Source: Cyanidioschyzon merolae
Lineage: Eukaryota
NCBI GenBank assembly: GCA_000091205.1
Contig: AP006502.2
Reading direction: 5' to 3' (one strand)
DNA length: 64,000 nt
The notes beneath the pieces were generated by a model that saw only the letters and a program-made list of their open reading frames with translations, did not search any database and was not told the origin of the DNA. The position numbers were made by a program, and so were the translations under genes. Of this stretch, positions 56,638 to 64,000 are shown piece by piece. How positions within the stretch are numbered: the stretch's first letter is position 1; every line of letters begins with the position of its first letter.

Positions 56638-57843
56638 TTACTCCACAATCGCGGTCTCTCCACGTTCCAACAACTCCTGGACGGTCGGAAAGTCTTCGGT
56701 TATGAGCGTCATCAGCTCGTCGCGGCTAACGAGGCCGTCCGCGTTCGGGTCCATAGCCTTGTTGAAAATGCGGATAGCACTCCGCATCCGAGCGCGGTTG
56801 ATGAGGTTGCGAACTGTGCGCGCGTTAGAGAAGTATGGCATCTGCATACGCTTCTCGATGTACGCACGGCAGGCGGGGATCGCATCGTCTGCGATACGGT
56901 ACTCCATATCGCGGACCATCACCTTCGCGATGTCGACCAACTCCTCGAGTGTATAGTCCGGGAAGCTGATGTGATTTCCGATTCGGGAGCTGATGCCGGG
57001 GATATACGAATAGAATTTGTTCATGCGGTCCTCGTAGCCGGCAAAAATGACCACGAGATCCTCACGCTGCTCCTCCATGACGTTCAGCAAAATCTCGATG
57101 GCCTCGACACCGTAGTCGCGATCATTCGCGGCATTGTAGAGGTAGTACGCCTCGTCGATGAAAAGCACGCCTCCGAATGCGCGCTTGATTACCTCCTTGG
57201 TTTTCGGTGCGGTATGACCCACGTATTGTCCGACGAGGTCGTCGCGCGTGGCAACGATGAGATGGCCCGATCGGCTGTAGCCCATGGCCTTCAGAATTTG
57301 ACCCATGCGCATCGCAACAGTCGTCTTGCCCGTACCAGGCGAACCAGTAAATGCCATGTGCAAGGATGGTGTCGTACCAGTCAAACCCAAGCGGCTTCGC
57401 AGCTTGTCGACTACCAGCAGTGCGGCGATTTCCCGAACCCGATCCTTGACCGGTTTCAGACCAACCAAGTCGTGGTCGAGCTTCTGTAGGATATCGAGCA
57501 CGCCCTCTTTCTGAAGAAACTCGTCGATAGTGCCAGCCTCTTTGTCGTCAGGGATACTCATCAGTTCTTCGATTTTGCGTTGGCGCCGCAAACGCTCCTC
57601 GCGACGCGCCCGGTCTCGCCGTTCCGCCTCCTCGCGAGCGAGACGTGCCTCCACGTCACGCTCCTTGAGCGCATCACTAAGTCGACGTTCAGTTGGTTGC
57701 TCATAGTCTGAGCTTTCGTCAGCACGCAGACGAAAAGCTGCCGGGACAGCAGCGCCACTACGCTTTGAATTAGAGCACTTTGCGAGTGCCGGCGCCCGAA
57801 TGCGCAGTGAAATCCCCTGAAGACTAGTCGTAAAACCCAACAT
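56638..57843 (-). CDS. cbbX: CbbX-type AAA+ ATPase (red-type Rubisco activase family) with an N-terminal extension of about 150 aa
   Basis: 'GSPGTGKTTVAMRMGQILKAMGYSRSGHLIVATRDDLVGQYVGHTAPKTKEVIKRAFGGVLFIDEAYYLYNAANDRDYGVEAIEILLNVMEEQREDLVVIFAGY' is near-identical in pattern to CbbX Walker A / Walker B / sensor regions. Confidence 0.85.
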   Translation of the reverse strand: MLGFTTSLQGISLRIRAPALAKCSNSKRSGAAVPAAFRLRADESSDYEQPTERRLSDALKERDVEARLAREEAERRDRARREERLRRQRKIEELMSIPDDKEAGTIDEFLQKEGVLDILQKLDHDLVGLKPVKDRVREIAALLVVDKLRSRLGLTGTTPSLHMAFTGSPGTGKTTVAMRMGQILKAMGYSRSGHLIVATRDDLVGQYVGHTAPKTKEVIKRAFGGVLFIDEAYYLYNAANDRDYGVEAIEILLNVMEEQREDLVVIFAGYEDRMNKFYSYIPGISSRIGNHISFPDYTLEELVDIAKVMVRDMEYRIADDAIPACRAYIEKRMQMPYFSNARTVRNLINRARMRSAIRIFNKAMDPNADGLVSRDELMTLITEDFPTVQELLERGETAIVE

Positions 57844-58818
57844 GCTTCAAAGTATATATGTCAGTCTATGAATTGAACTATATTACCTGTGTTAAAGTGA
57901 ATTTTAGCACCGTATGTTACGAGCAGTCGCGAAAGCTCCACACACGCACACACACAACCGTTGTATACCGAGCGGAGCAAAGAATTCGAGCCATTCGTGT
58001 GATGCGACGCAGCATGCGCTCGCCCGCAGCCGCTCGCCCGCAGCCGCTCCGTCGTGCGCATGCCGCGCCGCATCACACGATCCCAGATGTGACCGATCGC
58101 GGCGAACGACGTGACATCGATTTCCTTCCGATTCGATAGGGCGTGTGTCCGCTGACCACGGATCCAGGACTGCGGGATGGATGCAGGTACTCGGGGAAGC
58201 GTGCATCATGTTGCACTCTAATTTCGATTACCGTTAAGTTCTCTTGGGCGTGCGGGCCGTTTCGTACGTTCTATCTTGAACCGAGTGCCTGCCGTGCTGT
58301 ACCCATCATAGCACCGAGACCGCTGGCACGGATGCCGTATTGAGAAAGCACGCGGTATTGCGCGAATACTGAGGGTGTCGGCTCGATGCCATGATTCGTT
58401 CAACGCGGCACCGCAGTGCATAATCGTGCCGGGAGCCAGCAAGCTGTGCATGCGGACATCCTGTCTGCCGACGCGCGGAGCGATATGCTACGAGTCCGCT
58501 GCGACCAGGGCGACGCCCAGACGCAGCGTAACCGTCCCTAGTGCAAGAATAAAGTGCGATGCCGACGATTTGCTCAGGTATTGCCACAGCACGCGCCACA
58601 GAACAGAGCGTGAAACACGAGTCCAACAGACTTGGACGCTCCGCGGGACCTAATACCGAGGAGGTAAACTCTCGAGAATATGGAAAACCTTTTCTTCCTT
58701 CCACGCTACCGAGAAAGCGAAACGAAATTATGATACGGTTGCTAGTCAGTGATAAGTTTCTGTTCTTTCCGCACCATACTGCATCACAGGGATGATGCGT
58801 GCGCAGCTACGAGCCATC

Positions 58819-58969
58819 GATGCAGGGGCAGGGCCTCACAACAGACTCGGTGCACTGCGGAACTTGCGGCCTGATCCATATCTTCAAGGGAACCGATGCA
58901 GGGGCAGGGCCTCACAACAGACTCGGTGCACTGCGGAACTTGCGGCGTGATCCATATCTTCAAGGGAAC
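58819..58969. repeat. Tandem duplication, 2 x 75 bp
   Basis: 'cgatgcaggggcagggcctcacaacagactcggtgcactgcggaacttgcggc(c/g)tgatccatatcttcaagggaac' occurs twice back to back (58819-58893 and 58894-58968). Confidence 0.85.
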
Positions 58970-59110
58970 TATGGATAGTCGCTCGACAAACTTGGAAGTA
59001 CGGCGTGGAATGATGGGCGCTTTCCCGGAGGCCGATACCCATCCAGCCCGCAATCTGGGATCCATGGTCCATGGGAACGTTTTGTCATCGAAAAGAAAAA
59101 TCCGTCGCTG

Positions 59111-59147
59111 CAGCGGCGGCGACGGCGGCGACGGCGGCGGCGGCGGT
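59111..59147. repeat. (GGC/GAC)n trinucleotide repeat upstream of the helicase gene
   Basis: 'cagcggcggcgacggcggcgacggcggcggcggcgg'. Confidence 0.85.
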
Positions 59148-59338
59148 GCCCAAACGCGCCCCCGCGAATCGCGTTACCGTTTCACAATCGCTTCTGCAGT
59201 CGTTTGTATACTGTGGAGAGAATACTGACGAAAATGCCAGAAGAAACAACATCAACAGTGTAAAGGAATGATCATAACGAGCAGAGGGATACGAGGGAGC
59301 GTCACGGTTCAGAAAGGGACGCCAGAGACGGCGCAAAG

Positions 59339-61222
59339 ATGGCTCGATCTTACGTACCGCCCCATATGCGGCGGCAACTGGAACAGCAGCTCCGAGTAGG
59401 TGCGGCAGCAACCGAGCGCCCACAGCCGTTTCAGGGAAACGGTGCTCCCGAGGGGCGTGCTGCCTCATCTGGGGGCTTCTTTCGAAGTGGTTCTGGGGCG
59501 TCAAGAGGAGGCAGCTCTTTTGGAGGTGGCGTGATGGGTGCTCGGGAACGCGGCACCGGGAGCGCTGCTCCGGGTGGCGGTCGGCGTTGGGGTGCGGCTC
59601 CGACAGGCCCTGGACACCAATCAGGCGCGTCATCGCGCTTGCAGCGCCTTGGATTGTGGGAGGAAACAAACCCCTACTACAGCAGTGGGCTGGGGAAGCC
59701 TCAGGAACAGGATCACGCTGCCGCTGATGCGAACGGCGAGGTTCTAGAGCTTTTCAACGGCCAGAATACTGGCATCAACTTTGACAAGTACGACGATATT
59801 CCAGTAGAAGTTTCCGGTGAGAACGTCGTACCGGAGATCATGTCCTTTGAGACCAGCGGTATGGATAAGATTCTCCTGCGGAATGTCGCACTGTCAGGGT
59901 ACCGCAAGCCCACACCTGTGCAGCGGCACGCGATCCCGACGGTGATGGCTGGTCGCGACCTCATGTCATGTGCCCAGACCGGAAGCGGGAAGACTGCAGC
60001 GTTTGTGCTGCCTGTTCTACATCAGATGCTGTTGATGGGCGGCCCCGCGCCACCGCCATCCTCGTCGGGCGTAGGCGGGATTTCCTCGCGCTCCCGTTGC
60101 TCGTATCCAACGTATCTGATTCTGGCTCCGACGCGGGAGCTTGCATCGCAAATCTTCTCTGAGTGCCGGAAGTTCTGTTACGGCACCAGTATTCGCGCCG
60201 CCGTGATCTACGGTGGCTCCGAAAATACCCGTGAGCAACTGCGCGCCGTGGAGAATCAAGTTGATATTGTGGTGGCAACACCCGGGCGCCTTTTGGATTT
60301 TATTGACCGGGGCCGCATCCATTTGGCAAACGTCCGGTTCCTGACCCTTGACGAGGCGGACCGTATGCTCGATATGGGTTTCGAGCCTCAGATCCGGCAG
60401 ATTGTGGAGAACTGCGACATGCCGGCGGCTGGCCAACGCCAAACGCTCATGTTCAGCGCAACCTTCCCACGGGAAATCCAACGGCTTGCCTCCGACTTTC
60501 TGCACGACTATATTTTCCTTGCCGTGGGGCGAGTCGGTTCCACCACGGATTTCATTGTGCAACGTATCGAGTTTTGCGAGGACCATTTGAAACGAGAGAT
60601 GCTGCTAGATCTCTTGAACAGCATACCCGGCTTGACCTTGGTTTTTGTAGATACAAAGCGAGCCGCCGATGCTCTCGAGGACTTTTTACTGCGACACGGG
60701 TATGCGGCGTCGTCGATTCACGGAGACCGGAGCCAACGCGAGCGCGAAGACTCGCTCGCAGCTTTCCGTTCAGGACAGACGCCTATTCTCGTTGCAACGG
60801 ATGTGGCTGCTCGTGGTTTGGATATCCCGAATGTTGCGCACGTCGTCAACTACGAGTTGCCAGCAGCCATTGATGACTACGTGCATCGGATTGGCCGAAC
60901 TGGTCGAGCTGGCAACCAGGGCATCGCGACCTCTTTTGCGAACGAAAAGAATCGGGGCATTGTACGTGACCTCATTGAACTCCTACAGGAGGCCGGCCAA
61001 GAGGTTCCCTCCTGGCTCTATACGATGTGTCAGGCACCAGTAGCCCGGAGCGGTAGCGGTCGAGCGGGGCGTGGCGGTCGTTTCGGCGGACGCGATATGC
61101 GTCGCGAAACGGGTGCTCCACGTCGACCTGCATTCGCAGGGAATGCATCATCGACCTCGACGATGCGCGACGAGCCCTGGGGAGGTGGCAACTGGCGTGC
61201 CTCCGGCGGAAGCGCCTGGTAA
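59339..61222 (+). CDS. DEAD-box ATP-dependent RNA helicase, DDX3/Ded1 subfamily
   Basis: Q-motif region '[13 protein letters not shown]', motif I '[11 protein letters not shown]', 'PTRELA', 'DEAD', 'SAT', '[10 protein letters not shown]', and Gly/Arg-rich tails ('[13 protein letters not shown]'). Confidence 0.9.
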   Translation: MARSYVPPHMRRQLEQQLRVGAAATERPQPFQGNGAPEGRAASSGGFFRSGSGASRGGSSFGGGVMGARERGTGSAAPGGGRRWGAAPTGPGHQSGASSRLQRLGLWEETNPYYSSGLGKPQEQDHAAADANGEVLELFNGQNTGINFDKYDDIPVEVSGENVVPEIMSFETSGMDKILLRNVALSGYRKPTPVQRHAIPTVMAGRDLMSCAQTGSGKTAAFVLPVLHQMLLMGGPAPPPSSSGVGGISSRSRCSYPTYLILAPTRELASQIFSECRKFCYGTSIRAAVIYGGSENTREQLRAVENQVDIVVATPGRLLDFIDRGRIHLANVRFLTLDEADRMLDMGFEPQIRQIVENCDMPAAGQRQTLMFSATFPREIQRLASDFLHDYIFLAVGRVGSTTDFIVQRIEFCEDHLKREMLLDLLNSIPGLTLVFVDTKRAADALEDFLLRHGYAASSIHGDRSQREREDSLAAFRSGQTPILVATDVAARGLDIPNVAHVVNYELPAAIDDYVHRIGRTGRAGNQGIATSFANEKNRGIVRDLIELLQEAGQEVPSWLYTMCQAPVARSGSGRAGRGGRFGGRDMRRETGAPRRPAFAGNASSTSTMRDEPWGGGNWRASGGSAW

Positions 61223-63229
61223 GCACATGGACCGCTCCGTTGTACCTCGCGTCCGTTACTATGTACTCTAAACATCTCAATATACGAGCAGCAGGTTGTT
61301 GGTTTCGTTTTCAGTTGTGGCGTCGAGTGGATACCATTCCGAGCGCCTCGATGCTGGCGTCGCGTCTGAGCCCAGGCCTGCGCTTGCCCCGAATCAAAGT
61401 GCTTCAGGCAGGTCGTTCTATTGGTGCCAGCGTGACCTGGTCGTCCAAATTGTGAAGCAGACCAGTTGATGTGTCCTGTTCTGTGCACACCAGACAGCAG
61501 GCTCTGTAGATGTCTGGACGTGGCGTACGGCTCGGCGGTTTGTTTGTGCTTACCTGGCGTGCGGCGAGCGACCCAGCCGCGCCCTGAAAGCGCCTGCGCG
61601 TGGTTATTGTTATTGTTATTGGGTACTACAAGCAGCAATTGCGCCTTTGGGAGGATGCACCATCGACACATCGATTTTCTGTAATCAAAAACATGTGCCT
61701 GTCGGCAAGCGACATCCTCTGGTACGCCATGAGCCTTCCAAGGGTGCAGCGCCTGCACCACGGCGCACAGCATCGCTGAAGGTACTCGAAGCAGCTGGAT
61801 AGCTGGGGCCTGGGAATGGGTGTGCGTGGGGAAAGATCACGGCGGACGATGCGCTGGGGGATACCCAGGGGAAAAAATAGATTGGATCTGTACGCATGCC
61901 AGGCTAAAATGGAACGCGTCCCCCAGGCGAACTCAGGTGTCTGCTCTAAGGAAAGGGTCTCTTTCCATGATCATGATCAGCACCAGCGTTTGCAGGCTTT
62001 TCCGCTACTGTCCGTTTTTCCTCTCTCGTTCTCTCTTATATCCGGCATTGCACAGGTCGGACGCTCGTATCCCTTGCGAGGTAATCCCAACAGTCGACGG
62101 ACGTGGACAGTGGCTTTAGAGACTGGATTTCGGAGTTTCCGACGGTTGTCGACGCATTTCACGTACAAACCGAAGTTGCGATCTACGCTTTGCGAACCAT
62201 TTCGATTTCCTTCGTATGCAACCTCTGTGCATGCTGCGCAGCGGTAACGCTTGACGCTGATCAGGTATACCCATAGGTCCATCATTTCTCTCGTGGCGCG
62301 GAGGCCGCGTTGCGGCGCATGAAGGCTTGCACCCTCGCTCAATACACACGTTCTTGTTGGGTACTGAGAGCTTCCCCATATGCTTCCAAAGATTTCCGCG
62401 CCTACTTTCGTTCTTTAACGATCACGCGCTTCTTCGGCACGGTGCCTGCGGCGCGCTATCCGCTGCGCTCGCAAGTGCAGGCCCTTCTATTCGATGCTAT
62501 ATTCGTGGAGCGCCAAATTACTCACAGTGACATAAGTAACGGAAGAAGAACCCAACTTAGAAAGCTTTCCGATCCGGTTACTGTCCCTTCTTGGAGAACG
62601 GTGACAATCTCGCCACTGAGAGCGATCGCCGTTTTGACTCAAGTCCGAGTTGAAGTCCCTCTGCCATGCACACAGAAGAGACGGGAGCCTTTGCAAGTAT
62701 ATCCCGTCGGGGGGACCATGCTGCTGTGGACTTTTGTTTCGTTGATGTCCACAAAAAGAGAAGGACTGGCAGTTCGAACGTTGTTCTTTATTTGGTGCGA
62801 CGAGTCCATTGAAATTTGGGCAAGAGCTGACGAACAAGTCATCAAGGGACGAGGTCAAGTATTTTATTCCGTGAATCCGGCGGTTCGAAATGCTGCACCC
62901 ACGAGTTGCCATGAACCAAAATGATCGAGAACTTGAAGCGTATGTGATTTGACGAAGCTACACATAGGGATTGGACACGAGCGGAGGCTTTTAAATGTGA
63001 ATCGCATGATAAGATCGGCTATTAAATGAACCCTTTTTCGATAAAGTTGCGAATCATCTTGATTCTAGTGACGCTACGAAATCCGAGTAGACAGCATCGG
63101 AGGAGCCGCTTCGAAAGCGCGACCGAGAATCCGAGAAATTCCAATGAATCCATTAGCACCCTGTGTTCACTATCCTCTTTTTATACACATGTGATCAGAG
63201 AAACAAAAACGCTTTCTTCGAACGTCCAG

Positions 63230-63670
63230 GATAAATGAATACCTACTCACAGACGCTTCCCAGTCTTTTCCGACCGGCAGCCTGCTATCGGCTTCAGCTT
63301 CTCCTTGTACACTTTGAGCCTGAAAGGTTGCCCCATGAAGTTGGATCACCTCAGGTCCGCAGATCTCGTCTTCTGCACCGCATATCGTCTGGCGTGGATG
63401 GCGGCGTTGAAGTCTCGGTTCACGACCTCCATGCGTTTATTGCAGCTGGTTGGACTCACTATCGCGAGGCTCACTCGAACTTTTGCATTCTGTACCACTA
63501 CAGTCCCGCCATTGGCCTGTCGAGCAAACACCTTTTTTTTTGTCAGTGTCCCTCTTCTTCGTCACTTGCTCTTCTTCGTTCGATGGCCGGCGAGCATATT
63601 GTTTTCGTCCATTTCGGGCGCCCGGCGATGACGGGCCTGCAGGATCCTCGACTGCCATGTGCATAACTGT
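63230..63670 (-). mobile_element. Degenerate TnpB/Fanzor-like 3' fragment (copy G)
   Basis: ORF 63346..63531 reads 'NKRMEVVNRDFNAAIHARRYAVQKTRSADLR'. The upstream frame has a Cys-rich remnant 'GVCSTGQWRDCSGTECK', a possible zinc-finger relic. Antisense frames match those of copy A (7034..7570). Confidence 0.45.
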
Positions 63671-64000
63671 CCCTTGGATGTTTTGTTTCTTTAAAATGAA
63701 CGCACTTGTTTATGCCCCTTTGTGGTGACCTTCACGGACGGAGAAGGGCCTGCGGAGGAACGACGCATGATATCCCGATGTGTCGCCGTGTGCTGAACGC
63801 TCTAGCGATTCACCTAGAGGATCGATCAATACGTTTCATAATAGACAACACGCCTTCCATGGGCTTCAACCACGGAGCGTACGGAGGAACGAAAAGCAGC
63901 TCTACCCCGATAGAGTGCGCAAAAGCTCGGACGCAATGGGAACGCTGAAATGCCACGTTTTCCAACAGAGGGACGTCACCAGACCCACAGGTGAAAGGTC

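Noticed and set aside
56497-57489. 330-aa ORF antisense to the CbbX gene. Similar long antisense ORFs occur at 54890..55912 and 61030..61773, plus several ORFs in 3600-5400 and 26900-27960.
   Set aside because: GC-rich DNA with strong third-position GC produces long stop-free antisense and off-frame ORFs. None has recognisable motifs, and each overlaps a sense gene with clear homology or lies in repetitive or low-complexity DNA.
1-64000. CRISPR arrays, rRNA genes and prokaryotic operon structure
   Set aside because: There are no short direct repeats with unique spacers, and I recognised no rRNA-like sequence. Gene content (ribosomal proteins eS6/eS8, ALG2, MetAP1 zinc finger, DDX3) is eukaryotic. 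The TnpB-like copies are therefore interpreted as eukaryotic Fanzor-type elements, not bacterial IS605.

Overview
This looks like nuclear DNA from a GC-rich, gene-dense and apparently intron-poor eukaryote. Long uninterrupted ORFs encode recognisable eukaryotic housekeeping proteins, at roughly one gene per 3 kb. I cannot assign the organism.

Confidently recognised genes:
- an adenylate kinase fused in one ORF to an NAD kinase
- a SET-domain protein methyltransferase
- a polytopic membrane domain fused to a class-3 lipase
- 40S ribosomal proteins S6 and S8, and the ribosome-biogenesis protein RLP24
- an ARF-like small GTPase
- an ankyrin-repeat protein
- an APS/PAPS reductase (CysH family)
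- a class II DAHP synthase
- the ALG2 mannosyltransferase
- methionine aminopeptidase 1
- a CbbX-type AAA+ ATPase
- a DDX3/Ded1 DEAD-box helicase

The CbbX gene and the N-terminal extensions on several metabolic enzymes suggest a plastid-bearing organism of red lineage.

The most striking feature is a family of at least seven degenerate copies of a TnpB/Fanzor-like element (RuvC-I 'GADPGNTN', pre-zinc-finger 'DEFRTSY', RuvC-III 'NRDFNAAINI'). Three near-complete copies cluster at 7.4-12.9 kb. Two lie in direct orientation on either side of the SET gene, and the second abuts a third copy head-to-head.

The three copies share about 100 nt of sequence past their stop codons, after the protein C-termini have already diverged. 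That is the expected position of an omega-RNA scaffold in an RNA-guided TnpB/Fanzor (OMEGA) system. All coding copies carry frameshifts or in-frame stops, so the proteins look non-functional here.

Other repeats include several microsatellites and a 75-bp tandem duplication upstream of the helicase gene. ORF-track starts are not always ATG (some are TTG/GTG), and many short ORFs on both strands are compositional artefacts of GC-rich DNA.
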